This document shows positions 9,728 to 19,079 of a stretch of DNA of 51,017 nt, piece by piece. A model generated the notes under the pieces. That model did no database searches and was not told the origin of the DNA. It worked only from the letters and a program-made list of their open reading frames with translations. Position numbers and translations under genes: made by a program. Source of the stretch: an uncultured Campylobacter sp. (GTDB lineage Bacteria > Actinomycetota > Actinomycetes > Mycobacteriales > Mycobacteriaceae); the NCBI GenBank assembly GCA_943913625.1, contig CALTYW010000001.1, positions 1 through 51,017 on the forward strand, given 5' to 3'. Within the stretch, counting starts at the first letter, position 1. Each line of letters starts with the position of its first letter.

Positions 9728-10237
9728 ATGGCCACCATCACCCTTGTCGGCAACCTCACCGCCGACCCCGAACTCAAGCAGACCAACGACGGCACCGACG
9801 TTGCCCGCTTCTCCCTCGCCTGGAGCGAGCGGCAAAAGGCCGGCGACGACTGGATCGACGGCCCCACCACCTTCGTCCGCTGCTCCGTGTGGGGACGCAT
9901 GGCCTCCCACGTCGCCAACAACCTCCACAAGGGCACCCGCATCCTGGTTGCCGGCGACATGCGCACCGAAGAGTGGGCGTCCGACCAAGGGCCGCGTGTC
10001 GACGTGACGATGAACGTCCGCCACCTCGGCGTGTCGTTGGAGTTCGCGGACGTGCAGATTACGAAGCGGGAGAAGAGCGGGGGCGCGGGCGCGTTCGGCG
10101 CTGACGGCACCAACCAGCACAACCAGAACCAGCAGCAGGGGCAGCAGCAAGGCCAGCAGCCCACCGGCTGGATCGGCCAAGACACCCAGAACGGCTTCAG
10201 CGACGGCACCCCATTCCCCGACGAACCCAGTTACTAG
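9728..10237 (+). CDS. ssb: Single-stranded DNA-binding protein
   Basis: ITLVGNLTADPELK; Q/G-rich linker; acidic tail. Confidence 0.93.
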   Translation: MATITLVGNLTADPELKQTNDGTDVARFSLAWSERQKAGDDWIDGPTTFVRCSVWGRMASHVANNLHKGTRILVAGDMRTEEWASDQGPRVDVTMNVRHLGVSLEFADVQITKREKSGGAGAFGADGTNQHNQNQQQGQQQGQQPTGWIGQDTQNGFSDGTPFPDEPSY

Positions 10238-10310
10238 GAGCACCCCGAGTGAACAACCCCCCACACCCACTACCCACAAGAGCACCAACCAACCGTAAGG
10301 AGAACCACCA

Positions 10311-10601
10311 ATGGCCAGCATGTCCAACTGCGAATCCATCGCCAACACCATCGCCAGCAAGCTCGGCAGCGGCATCAAAACCAAAACCGCCGGCACCGAC
10401 ACCGGCATGGCCTACTGCTCCGGCACCCTCAACAACAAGGTGTCCTTCTCGATCCTCGACATCGACGAGGGCCGACGCTGCAACGTCGAAATCAGCGACA
10501 CCAACGTCACCTCCACGATCAACGTGCCGTCGTCCTGGTCGAACAGTGTCATCGCGAACCGCGCCGCCAACTCGTACACCGGCGCTGGCAACAGCAACTA
10601 A
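10311..10601 (+). CDS. Ser/Asn/Thr-rich hypothetical protein
   Basis: AAGGAG SD; 96-aa ORF. Confidence 0.7.
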   Translation: MASMSNCESIANTIASKLGSGIKTKTAGTDTGMAYCSGTLNNKVSFSILDIDEGRRCNVEISDTNVTSTINVPSSWSNSVIANRAANSYTGAGNSN

Positions 10602-10634
10602 CCCAACGGTCACGCTGGCGGGGGGTGGTGGACT

Positions 10635-10874
10635 GTGAAGCTCCCGGACACCGCCGAACGCCAATCGAAGTTCGCAGAGTTCGCCCGCCAACTCGACCAC
10701 GCCGCCGACACCAACCCGCCAGAGCAGTCGTGGTTGCCGTGGCCCGACCAGACCGAACTCACCCCCGGCTCGCGCAACACCTACCGCTGGCGCATCAACA
10801 CCGGCGAACTCTTGGGCGACGGGTACGAAGCCGCGATACGCAACGGCTACCTCTACGCAAGGCGACGCCCATGA
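10635..10874 (+). CDS. Hypothetical protein
   Basis: ORF in a coupled gene run. Confidence 0.55.
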   Translation: MKLPDTAERQSKFAEFARQLDHAADTNPPEQSWLPWPDQTELTPGSRNTYRWRINTGELLGDGYEAAIRNGYLYARRRP

Positions 10875-11047
10875 CCAACCGCCGCGAACAACTCCAACCC
10901 CTACACGACGCCGTCACCGGCTTCCTGATGGAAGTGAACCGCCACGACGTCGCCACCGCCCAAGGACGATCACGTATCGCCCACCACACAACCAACATCG
11001 CGGTCGCCCTCCACGACCTGGAGCGCACCGAGAAAGCACAACCATGA
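10871..11047 (+). CDS. Hypothetical protein
   Basis: ATGA overlaps at both ends. Confidence 0.55.
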   Translation: MTNRREQLQPLHDAVTGFLMEVNRHDVATAQGRSRIAHHTTNIAVALHDLERTEKAQP

Positions 11048-11382
11048 GCATGACCCCTGAACAAGCCCAAGAGCTACTGCACTACCACGACAAGACCGGC
11101 AGCTTCGACCTCACCGGGGAAGAGATAGCCGACCTACTCGCCACCGTCGCCAACCTGCGGTACGAGTACGCAGTGCAGGGGCCGGTGGCGGTACCGGGCG
11201 ACCCAGTGTGGCGGTTCGTGGTGCGTATCCGTGAAGATGGCGGCGCAATCCTCACGAGTTGGCCACATCAGGCGAAGTGGTTCGACACCCGCCAAGGCGC
11301 CGATGGGTTCATGAAGCGCCACCAGCTCACCGGGCGCCGAATCGTCCGCCGTCCCGTTGACGGCATCGAGGTGGTCTCATGA
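11044..11382 (+). CDS. Hypothetical protein
   Basis: ATGA-coupled ORF. Confidence 0.65.
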   Translation: MSMTPEQAQELLHYHDKTGSFDLTGEEIADLLATVANLRYEYAVQGPVAVPGDPVWRFVVRIREDGGAILTSWPHQAKWFDTRQGADGFMKRHQLTGRRIVRRPVDGIEVVS

Positions 11383-11786
11383 TTGGCCGGATTTTTAACC
11401 CGCCGCCTGGTGTGGAACCGGGCCGGTGCCGGGTGAAATTTGCGCGGGGGATTGAGAACCCGGTGTGGCCGTGGATGGTGGAGCGTGAGGGGTGCGGCGG
11501 TTCGGCGGCGTTCACGACCTGGCGTGAGGCAATGGACTATGCCGACCGCATAGCCCGCACCCGCGAAGTCGTACTGCCGCGTGGGCCGTATGAGATTCGT
11601 GGCAAGCAGAACATCTACGAAGACCCCATTACGGTCAAGCCCGCCAAACACTTAGCTGGGTACGAAACCGTAGCTGTCGGTTACACCACGCACGGCGTAC
11701 AAGACGGGTTCTTCCTGGCGCAGGACGAAGTGCGCCCCCTCGCGCTGGCCCTACTCGCTCTCGCAGAACAGGAGGAACTGACATGA
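11379..11786 (+). CDS. Hypothetical protein (paralog pair A, copy 1)
   Basis: AMDYADRIARTREVVLPR and LALAEQ shared with the next gene. Confidence 0.65.
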   Translation: MIGRIFNPPPGVEPGRCRVKFARGIENPVWPWMVEREGCGGSAAFTTWREAMDYADRIARTREVVLPRGPYEIRGKQNIYEDPITVKPAKHLAGYETVAVGYTTHGVQDGFFLAQDEVRPLALALLALAEQEELT

Positions 11787-12133
11787 GCCGTCATGACGGG
11801 AAAGTATGGGTGCGGAAACTACGGACGCACTACAGCTCCCACCCGTGGGAGGTACGGGCACGTAACCTGAACGGCTACGACTACTACGAGACGTTTTACG
11901 ACTGGGCCGACGCTATGGAAGCAGCTGACCGACTCGCACGCACCCGTGAGGTAGTGCTGCCGAGGGTGAACTTCGAGGGCCGCCTACAGCTCGACATACT
12001 CCACAACCAGAACGGCGTGTCCGTGTCCTACAAGATCGACGACCGACCACCTCAGTGGGGCACTGAGCACCAGCTGCCATCGTTCGCGACGTTCATACTC
12101 GCTCTCGCGGAGCAGCAGGGGGTGCGGCCATGA
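11783..12133 (+). CDS. Hypothetical protein (paralog pair A, copy 2)
   Basis: AMEAADRLARTREVVLPR and LALAEQ. Confidence 0.65.
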   Translation: MSRHDGKVWVRKLRTHYSSHPWEVRARNLNGYDYYETFYDWADAMEAADRLARTREVVLPRVNFEGRLQLDILHNQNGVSVSYKIDDRPPQWGTEHQLPSFATFILALAEQQGVRP

Positions 12134-12465
12134 GCACGGTTGAGGTGGAGTACCGGGACGCGGAGTGCCCGAAGTGCGGGCGGGATGCGGTCTGGATTTA
12201 CGAGCGCTATCTGCGACCGGGGGAGACCGCCGATCTGTGCGACTGCGGTGTGGAACCCGTCTACACGCCGGTGCATTGCTACCAGGCGGTGTGTGACCGG
12301 TGCGGGGAGCACGTCACCGACTACGGGGAATGGTGCGCTATCGGCCCCACCCCGGAGGACATGTGGGACTACCTAGAGGGCTGGGAGCACATAGGCGGGC
12401 GTGACCTGTGCGAAACGTGCTGGTGCATTGACGAAAACGACGAGATAACCGAGGTGAAACCATGA
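12130..12465 (+). CDS. Cys-rich putative zinc-binding protein
   Basis: CPKC, CDC, CDRC, CETC. Confidence 0.65.
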   Translation: MSTVEVEYRDAECPKCGRDAVWIYERYLRPGETADLCDCGVEPVYTPVHCYQAVCDRCGEHVTDYGEWCAIGPTPEDMWDYLEGWEHIGGRDLCETCWCIDENDEITEVKP

Positions 12466-12761
12466 GCTGGAAGGAACCTATCGAACTCGCCCCGCCGCAG
12501 GAGTTCATCGTCACGAGCGCGGTGCGCTACGCGAGGGGGCGGGCAACCTACATCGTGGAGGACGTGTGCCGCTTCGTGTCCGCCAACTGGCACTTGCTCT
12601 CCGACAACACGAAGCAGGTTGTCGCCCGCGACGTGCAGCAGGAAGTGGAGCTACGGCAAGCCCTGGGGGACGAGCAGCCCACCATTTCCCGGATTGATAA
12701 CCGCTACTGGGAAGACCTATACGAGCAGATTAGGAAGGACGGCTACCCATCATGGCCATGA
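12462..12761 (+). CDS. Hypothetical protein
   Basis: SAVRYARGRATY; coupled ORF. Confidence 0.65.
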   Translation: MSWKEPIELAPPQEFIVTSAVRYARGRATYIVEDVCRFVSANWHLLSDNTKQVVARDVQQEVELRQALGDEQPTISRIDNRYWEDLYEQIRKDGYPSWP

Positions 12762-13039
12762 CCGTTGATTACGACCGGCTGCGGGAGTGGCTGGACACGG
12801 TGGATCGCGCTAACGCGAACGCTGACGGGGCAATCAAGTTCGCTTACCCCGGCAACACCGTCGAAATCATCCGCGAGCTGCTGCGCCTGCGTGGGGAGGT
12901 CGAAGCGACCCGTGACCGGGTAGCCCGCGAGCTCGAGCGCACCCCGACGGAGCTACAAGCCGCACGCATCACCCTGCATACAGAGCGCGAGCACACGCTG
13001 GCGTTTTGTGACCACCTACTGAACGGAGACAACGAATGA
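12752..13039 (+). CDS. Hypothetical protein
   Basis: Coupled ORF. Confidence 0.6.
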   Translation: MAMTVDYDRLREWLDTVDRANANADGAIKFAYPGNTVEIIRELLRLRGEVEATRDRVARELERTPTELQAARITLHTEREHTLAFCDHLLNGDNE

Positions 13040-13206
13040 ACGACCAGATCAAGCAGTACGCCCTGGAGTTTGCCAAGGACGAGCTGAGGGACATTGAGCC
13101 CGGCGACGTGATGGAATTCTTCGATATCGAGTACGAGGAAGCCTGTGAAGTTGCAGACGCGATCCAAGGCCATGTAATCCCCATCTGGTCGGGTGATTCG
13201 GAATGA
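13036..13206 (+). CDS. Small acidic protein (56 aa, absent from the ORF track)
   Basis: MNDQIKQYALEFAKDELRDIEPGDVMEFFDIEYEEACEVADAIQGHVIPIWSGDSE; ATGA overlaps at both ends. Confidence 0.65.
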   Translation: MNDQIKQYALEFAKDELRDIEPGDVMEFFDIEYEEACEVADAIQGHVIPIWSGDSE

Positions 13207-13409
13207 GACTGAACATCACCGATAGGGCCATGGTGGGTGTGGCGCTCGCCTGGTGGCTACTCATAGCCGTCCTGGCCGTGACCTTCATAGTGGCGGGGTG
13301 GCGCTACATCACCACCGACCACGCCGTGTACGAGCTGGAAACCGGCGAATACCTCACCTGCACCGCCCAAGGTGGCAATGAGCTGCGCTGCGAGGTGACA
13401 CACCGATGA
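13203..13409 (+). CDS. Small membrane protein
   Basis: Hydrophobic N-terminal segment. Confidence 0.6.
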   Translation: MRLNITDRAMVGVALAWWLLIAVLAVTFIVAGWRYITTDHAVYELETGEYLTCTAQGGNELRCEVTHR

Positions 13410-13810
13410 ACCGCCACGACATCTTCTGGAAAGTCGCCATCCGAATCCGCGCCACCTACCGCGACCACGTCAAAGGCGAAGAAGCCTACGCGTACTCCGA
13501 AGACGCAGCCCGCGAACTGCAAGACGCGGGCCTGCTCGCCCCCGACCTACCGACCTTGCGAGACGACTACGACAGCATCAGCGTTCCAATTCGCCGCACC
13601 TCAATCAGGAACCGGGAGCACGACGATTTTCCCATCCTCTACGAAAACGAGGACAGCGTTCTCGTAGGTGTCACCGAGGGCGGGGAAGTCGAATTCTCGC
13701 TCGGCATGTGCGACGAAGTCTTCGTCACCCTCACCACCGACCAAGCCCGCCAATTCGCCCACACACTCCTGGGCGTAACCGACCACGCGGAAAGGAAAAC
13801 CAATGACTGA
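13406..13810 (+). CDS. Hypothetical protein
   Basis: Coupled ORF. Confidence 0.65.
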   Translation: MNRHDIFWKVAIRIRATYRDHVKGEEAYAYSEDAARELQDAGLLAPDLPTLRDDYDSISVPIRRTSIRNREHDDFPILYENEDSVLVGVTEGGEVEFSLGMCDEVFVTLTTDQARQFAHTLLGVTDHAERKTND

Positions 13811-14186
13811 CAACGGATACATCTCAATGGCACTGCCCGACGGGTGCCGAGTGGAAGAAGCCCCCGATGGGCGCACCGCGATCACCATGACCGGCAACAG
13901 CGCCGAGTTCTTCCACCGCGTGCTTGGTCAAGCGATCCGCCAACTCACCGAAAAGCAGTGGGCCGAACAACAACCCGACACCGAGCCGCAGGAACTCCAC
14001 GACGGTATCCAAGAATGGCGACCCAGATTCAAGCACGCACCAGACGCGGTGGTGTGGACGAAACCGGGCGCAACCGTCATGGTGCAGAACATCGAACCAG
14101 GCCACCTCGACCCGCACGAGGCGGACTTGCTCGGCAGGATGTTTATCGAAGCCGCCCACTACTCCGCAACAGGGGGCAACCAGTGA
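13803..14186 (+). CDS. Hypothetical protein
   Basis: AAGGA SD; coupled ORF. Confidence 0.65.
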   Translation: MTDNGYISMALPDGCRVEEAPDGRTAITMTGNSAEFFHRVLGQAIRQLTEKQWAEQQPDTEPQELHDGIQEWRPRFKHAPDAVVWTKPGATVMVQNIEPGHLDPHEADLLGRMFIEAAHYSATGGNQ

Positions 14187-14374
14187 AGCGCGCCGTGATC
14201 GCCGTGGCCCTGGTGCTCACCCTCACCGCCTGCGGCACCCCAACCGAAAGCAACACCGGCCACGGACTACTCATGCGCGAATCCAACTTCACCCTAAAGG
14301 ACGGGCGCACCGTCACCTGCCTGATCTACGACCACGCCAGCATTAGCTGCGACTGGGAGAACGCCGGTGACTGA
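14183..14374 (+). CDS. Small putative lipoprotein
   Basis: MKRAVIAVALVLTLTAC lipobox. Confidence 0.65.
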   Translation: MKRAVIAVALVLTLTACGTPTESNTGHGLLMRESNFTLKDGRTVTCLIYDHASISCDWENAGD

Positions 14375-14429
14375 CAACCGCCGATACCTCCACATGTCGC
14401 TCATACCCACCAACCACAAGGAGAAACCA

Positions 14430-15050
14430 ATGCCTAACCAACTCACAACGAAGCTCGCACGCAAGTGGGCGGAAGCAGTGACGGAGAGCGGAAGCGGAAT
14501 CATCACTCCCCATACCGTCACCGACGAAGAACTGAATCGGTGGCGTGCCGCTGCCCGTGACTACCTGCTTGCCGTCCTGCCCGAGCCGACGATGGCCGAC
14601 ATCACCTGGCGCATCGGCGAACACACCCTCGCCGGGGCAACCCTCGACCTTGGGCTAGGCGAGACCACCGAATGCGTCATGCTCGCCAAGGACGAACACG
14701 GGTACATCACCTACATCACGCTCGACGGGCACATCAACGACGACGCCAAGGACTGCTTCACCCCGAACGGAAAGCGCTACAAGCTGGTGGAAGAGGGAAC
14801 TCTTTCATCTAATGAAAATGTTGGCCATGACCAGCCGGAACACCCGGCCATCCTCACCACCGTGGAGGACTACGAGAACGCCCCGGAGGGCACGGTGGTT
14901 GATGTGTTGGGCAATGTCGCAATACACCATCTTTACGGCTGGGGCATTTCGGGATACTCCCTCAAGTTGTCGCCTCGTGAAATGTCCGAGCAGGGCGAGG
15001 GCATTGTTATCCGCTGGGGTTGGGGCACCCCGGACAAGCGCGACGAGTGA
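14430..15050 (+). CDS. Hypothetical protein
   Basis: AAGGAG SD before MPNQLT. Confidence 0.7.
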   Translation: MPNQLTTKLARKWAEAVTESGSGIITPHTVTDEELNRWRAAARDYLLAVLPEPTMADITWRIGEHTLAGATLDLGLGETTECVMLAKDEHGYITYITLDGHINDDAKDCFTPNGKRYKLVEEGTLSSNENVGHDQPEHPAILTTVEDYENAPEGTVVDVLGNVAIHHLYGWGISGYSLKLSPREMSEQGEGIVIRWGWGTPDKRDE

Positions 15051-15063
15051 CTACCCCAATGAC

Positions 15064-15255
15064 ATGCCCACCAACCACCCCAAGTGCCCGCACCCCGGAA
15101 AACGGGCCTACAAAACGGAGCGAGAAGCCGATGAAGCACTCGGCCACGAATGGCGCACAGCCCGCCGCAAACATATGCCCATCCGCTACTACCACTGCGT
15201 GTGCGGAATGTGGCACACCACCAGCAAACCCTACGAATGGTGGCGTCCTGCTTGA
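15064..15255 (+). CDS. Small Cys/His zinc-finger-like protein
   Basis: CPHPGKRAY...YYHCVCGMWHTTS. Confidence 0.65.
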   Translation: MPTNHPKCPHPGKRAYKTEREADEALGHEWRTARRKHMPIRYYHCVCGMWHTTSKPYEWWRPA

Positions 15256-15637
15256 CGTTTTCATCCCCGGCAATCCTGTGCCGAAAGGGTCGATGCGCCA
15301 CGTCGGTAAAGGCGTCATGATCCACGACAACGCCGAGCTGAAACGGTGGATGCAAACCATCGACCTGATCGTGCGCCGCGTGTACAAAGGCGACCCCATC
15401 GACGCCCCGGTGATCGCGGAAGCGGTGTTCTATATGAAGCGCCCGAAACGCCCCCGCTGGCTACGCCCCGCCACCAAACCCGACTGCGACAAGCTCCAGC
15501 GCGCCATCGGTGACGGCCTGGAAAACGCCGGCGTCCTCCGCAACGATTCCCGCATCGTCGAGTGGTACCGGCCCCGCAAGTACTACGCAGACCCGCAGCA
15601 CCCAATGGGCGCGAGGGTCAAGGTGTGGGCAGCATGA
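15248..15637 (+). CDS. rusA: RusA-like Holliday junction resolvase (start uncertain, possibly CTG)
   Basis: IPGNPVPKGS, KPDCDKLQRAIGDGL, NDSRIV. Confidence 0.85.
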   Translation: MLDVFIPGNPVPKGSMRHVGKGVMIHDNAELKRWMQTIDLIVRRVYKGDPIDAPVIAEAVFYMKRPKRPRWLRPATKPDCDKLQRAIGDGLENAGVLRNDSRIVEWYRPRKYYADPQHPMGARVKVWAA

Positions 15638-15813
15638 TCGTGTTCGAAGTGCTCGCCCTGATCGGCCTGGTGATGATGGTCTGTGGCCTGGCCTACGAGC
15701 AGCGACGCAGCCCCTACACATGGCTCATTGCCGCGCTGGCTGTGTGGCTCATCGGGAACATCGCCTGGCACGCCGCCACCGGATGGCTCCGCAACTTCAC
15801 GGTGGTGAGCTAA
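15635..15813 (+). CDS. Small membrane protein (start approximate)
   Basis: MIVFEVLALIGLV...; two hydrophobic segments. Confidence 0.5.
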
Positions 15814-16125
15814 TGCGACCGACCTACGGCCCGTGGCAGCGCTAGTTCGCCTGGCGACCCGTCCGCACCGAACAGCACGGCTGGCGGTGGCTGCGCACCG
15901 TGGAGCGCGCCCTGCGCTATCCGCCCGACATCCCGTTCGCCCCCGACCCGTGCTGGGTGTACCGCCCAACCCCCAACAACCGACACGAGACCCAATGACC
16001 CCACTACCGACCGCGCTGCGCTGGGCAATGCAAGACCTCGAAGCCTGCGGCATCGACCCCATGCGCCACATCGAAACCGCCCGCGCCTTGACCAACCTCT
16101 ACCTCGGACTAATCGGAGGAACCGT

Positions 16126-16614
16126 ATGACAATCCCTGCCCACATCATGCCCGCCGTCGAGTTCAAACGACTCCACGACGACGTGCCACTACCGACCCGC
16201 GCCCACCCTACGGATGCGGGCGTTGACCTCACCGCCGACTGCGTCATGCACGACACCGACCGATACACCGACTGGGAGGTTGACATCATCCAACCCGGTT
16301 ATTCCCGCATCTACGGCACCGGCATTGCAGCCGCAATCCCCGAGGGGTACGTCGGCTTGCTGTTTGTTCGTTCCTCCCTGGGGGTGAAGCGCCACCTTGA
16401 TATTGCAAACGGTACCGGGGTGATTGACGCGCCGTACCGGGGTGAGGTGATGGTGTGCCTCCGCAACACCGGCAATAAGGCTGCCACGATCACCCGCGGG
16501 GAACGCATCGTGCAAATGGTGACCGTGCCCGTGAACCTCACCCCCTGGGTCGAAGTCGACGACCTGGACGACACCGAACGAGGGGAGGGCGGGATTGGAT
16601 CAACCGGATACTGA
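16126..16614 (+). CDS. dut: Trimeric dUTPase
   Basis: AGVDL, RSSLG, GVIDAPYRGE, RGEGGIGSTG. Confidence 0.95.
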   Translation: MTIPAHIMPAVEFKRLHDDVPLPTRAHPTDAGVDLTADCVMHDTDRYTDWEVDIIQPGYSRIYGTGIAAAIPEGYVGLLFVRSSLGVKRHLDIANGTGVIDAPYRGEVMVCLRNTGNKAATITRGERIVQMVTVPVNLTPWVEVDDLDDTERGEGGIGSTGY

Positions 16615-16786
16615 CCCCGTAGACGTCGTCTACATCTCGGAGCAAACCGGCTACAGCAAGGTCAGCGTCTACCGCTGGCACCACGCCGGCATGCTCCCCG
16701 AACCCGCCAGGACACGCCCACTCGGGTGGCAACGGGCAACCATCGACTGGTGGGTCAGGCAGAACTTCACCACCGATTGGGACTGA
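16595..16786 (+). CDS. AlpA-like small HTH protein
   Basis: ISEQTGYSKVSVYRWHHAGMLPEP...GWQRATIDWW. Confidence 0.65.
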   Translation: MDQPDTDPVDVVYISEQTGYSKVSVYRWHHAGMLPEPARTRPLGWQRATIDWWVRQNFTTDWD

Positions 16787-16837
16787 CATGGGCGCTCGGT
16801 GTTGCAATAGGTAACGTAAATAGGCAACATTTGTTGT

Positions 16838-17326
16838 GTGCGTGCACCATGTGAGGGGAAAACGGTTTTCACAGACCCCGATCACGCGACCCAGCAGGAA
16901 CGCGCCCAAGCGCTCGAAATGTGCCACCACTGCCCCCTGCGCCCCCAATGCGCACAAGATGCACTCACCGCAGGCACCACCCTTGACGGGGAATACCGCT
17001 CACCCGCTGTCGGCGTGATCCAAGCAGGCGTACTGCTCATGGGCGATAAACGAAGCCGCGACGCGCTCTACTCGATTACCAGCCTGCCGCCGGCGCGCCC
17101 CCGCACCCGAAAACCCACCCCGCGTACTTGCTTGCACTGCGGCCAGGCGATGGTACCCCGCGACAAGTCGATCAGCCTGGACTCCTCGATCATCACGCAC
17201 GCGGCCAGGGGCTACTGCCGGATCTGTTACGCGAAGCTCAAACGTGAGGGCAAACTTGCCACGCTGCATCCGAAGCACCAGGCCGCCTTGGGGTGGCGTG
17301 AGAAGCACCAGCGGAAAACCGTATGA
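16838..17326 (+). CDS. WhiB-family transcription factor with C-terminal Cys domain
   Basis: C...CHHCPLRPQC...GVIQAG; CLHC..CRIC. Confidence 0.85.
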   Translation: MRAPCEGKTVFTDPDHATQQERAQALEMCHHCPLRPQCAQDALTAGTTLDGEYRSPAVGVIQAGVLLMGDKRSRDALYSITSLPPARPRTRKPTPRTCLHCGQAMVPRDKSISLDSSIITHAARGYCRICYAKLKREGKLATLHPKHQAALGWREKHQRKTV

Positions 17327-17639
17327 CCAGGCACAAACGCGAGGCCTTCGGCGTGTCGCAGTCGCCGGACGACCGCAACCCCTATACCCCGCCCACACCA
17401 GCCCGTAAAGGCCGGCGCAAACCCCGCTGGCACCCCAAACCCACCCGCGCAAATGTAACGAGAAGCAACACGATCAGGTAACATTACAAGCGTGTGATTC
17501 GAGTGCGGCCCGGATACTCATGGCTAGGCCCAAGGATCCCCCACAACCCCACAGATACCGGGCGAGGGGACACCTCACTCGGAGACACGACGCCACACGA
17601 CCACCCGCCCAGCCTTTCGGCGGCGTAGGCCATGTGGCA

Positions 17640-17690
17640 GGTGCGCGCCGCGAGTTTGGGCGGGACGCAGGTTCAACTCCTGGCGCACCA
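17640..17690 (+). ncRNA. Miniature tRNA-like element (acceptor stem, T arm, one hairpin)
   Basis: GGTGCGC/GCGCACC-A stem; CAGG-TTCAACT-CCTG T arm. Confidence 0.45.
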
Positions 17691-17770
17691 CGGCCCGTGC
17701 AGGTGCTGGCAAAGTCACCGCATTGATCCCCAGTCGCCGGGGGGTAGACCACGGGCAAATCGGCGGCCCT

Positions 17771-17850
17771 GGAAGCGTCGCGCATGGTGCGCAACCCGTC
17801 TCGAACACGGGGGCCGCTAACCCGGAGGGGTTCGATTCCTCACGCTTCCG
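17771..17850 (+). tRNA. tRNA-Ser(CGA)
   Basis: GGAAGCG/CGCTTCC acceptor; CCCGT-CTCGAAC-ACGGG anticodon arm; long variable arm; GTTCGATTC. Confidence 0.85.
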
Positions 17851-17851
17851 C

Positions 17852-17935
17852 ACCCCGCTGGCGGAATTGGTAGACGCGACGTCCTCAAAAGGCGTTACCC
17901 GACCAGGTGTCCCGGTTCGAATCCGGGGCGGGGGA
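17852..17935 (+). tRNA. tRNA-Leu(CAA)
   Basis: TGGCGGAATTGGTAGACGC D arm; ACGTC-CTCAAAA-GGCGT; CCCGG-TTCGAAT-CCGGG; first acceptor pair mismatched. Confidence 0.85.
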
Positions 17936-18023
17936 CTGGGTCGCCCGGAGCCATAACTCGGGCCGACGGTGCGGCACACCGGCAGCCGCACAGCCCTAAC
18001 CCACCAACCACAAGGAGAACCGC

Positions 18024-18299
18024 ATGAAGATCAAGAACCTGCTCGCCGCACTCGGCGCAACCGTCGTAGCCCGACACCTCGCGCACTACGCGCTCGCGAT
18101 CTACTCCCAGGTCGTCACCGACGGCGAAGCAACCGATCTGCTCATCGAGCGTATCCGCGACCACCGCTTCGCAGTCGCCAAGAACCGCGCAGACCTCGCC
18201 GGCATCTACCATGCCCACGGCCAGGAGTTGCTCGCGCACTACTTCGCTTACCGCGCCGAGCGACTTCTTGACCGCATCGAGCGCGAAGCCGCGAACTAG
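18024..18299 (+). CDS. Hypothetical protein
   Basis: AAGGAG SD. Confidence 0.65.
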   Translation: MKIKNLLAALGATVVARHLAHYALAIYSQVVTDGEATDLLIERIRDHRFAVAKNRADLAGIYHAHGQELLAHYFAYRAERLLDRIEREAAN

Positions 18300-18309
18300 G
18301 ATCACCACC

Positions 18310-18693
18310 ATGCACTTCCTGGAAAAACACCCCACCCCGTGGAACCTTGAATACAGCGACGGCGAAAACAGGCGCGGCTGCATCGTCGATGCCAACGGAA
18401 CTCCCGTAATCGTTGCGTGGGACGAAGACAGCGTGAACACTGAACTACGCGGCGACATCTTCGAATTGCTGAAGTTCGTCAACGAGCACCAGTTCGCGCT
18501 GCGGCCCGCCGACCAGATCATCCGCGAAGCTCGCGAACGTGAAAAGAACCCGCTGCACGAGCTGTTCCACGCGGGCTACATCAACGTCGACGACCTCAAG
18601 GAAGCTCCGGCGATCTACGCCTTGGTGACTGCGCAGTTCGACCAGCTGCTCGGGGAGATGCAGCGCCGAGCCGACGAACGGGGTATCCACTAA
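18310..18693 (+). CDS. Hypothetical protein (paralog pair B, copy 1)
   Basis: MHFLEKHPTPW...IVDANG. Confidence 0.7.
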   Translation: MHFLEKHPTPWNLEYSDGENRRGCIVDANGTPVIVAWDEDSVNTELRGDIFELLKFVNEHQFALRPADQIIREAREREKNPLHELFHAGYINVDDLKEAPAIYALVTAQFDQLLGEMQRRADERGIH

Positions 18694-19043
18694 TGCATTT
18701 CCTGGAGAAGCACCCCGGCCCGTGGCGTTTAGTTCGCCAAACCGCGAAGAATCTGTCGCCGGATCTGCGCGACAGCATTCTCGCCAACGAGTACGACGAT
18801 GTGCGCTACGTTCCGCACGCGCCGGATCGGGACGTGATTGTGGACGCGAACGGTGACACGGTCGTCGAAACCTGGGATGGCGAGGGCTACGCTTCCGGCT
18901 TGCAAGGCGACGCCCGCGACCTGGTGGACTTCATCAACATCATCGGCCCGAGATTGCCACGCCTGATACAGCTGGACATCCAAGAGAAGATGCGCGACGT
19001 GTACAAGAGGCGCTTGGGGTACATCGAACGGGACAGCAACTAG
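18693..19043 (+). CDS. Hypothetical protein (paralog pair B, copy 2)
   Basis: MHFLEKHPGPW...IVDANG. Confidence 0.7.
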   Translation: MHFLEKHPGPWRLVRQTAKNLSPDLRDSILANEYDDVRYVPHAPDRDVIVDANGDTVVETWDGEGYASGLQGDARDLVDFINIIGPRLPRLIQLDIQEKMRDVYKRRLGYIERDSN

Positions 19044-19079
19044 CGGCACAACGCCGGTGCGCCCGTATCCTCCGCGACC

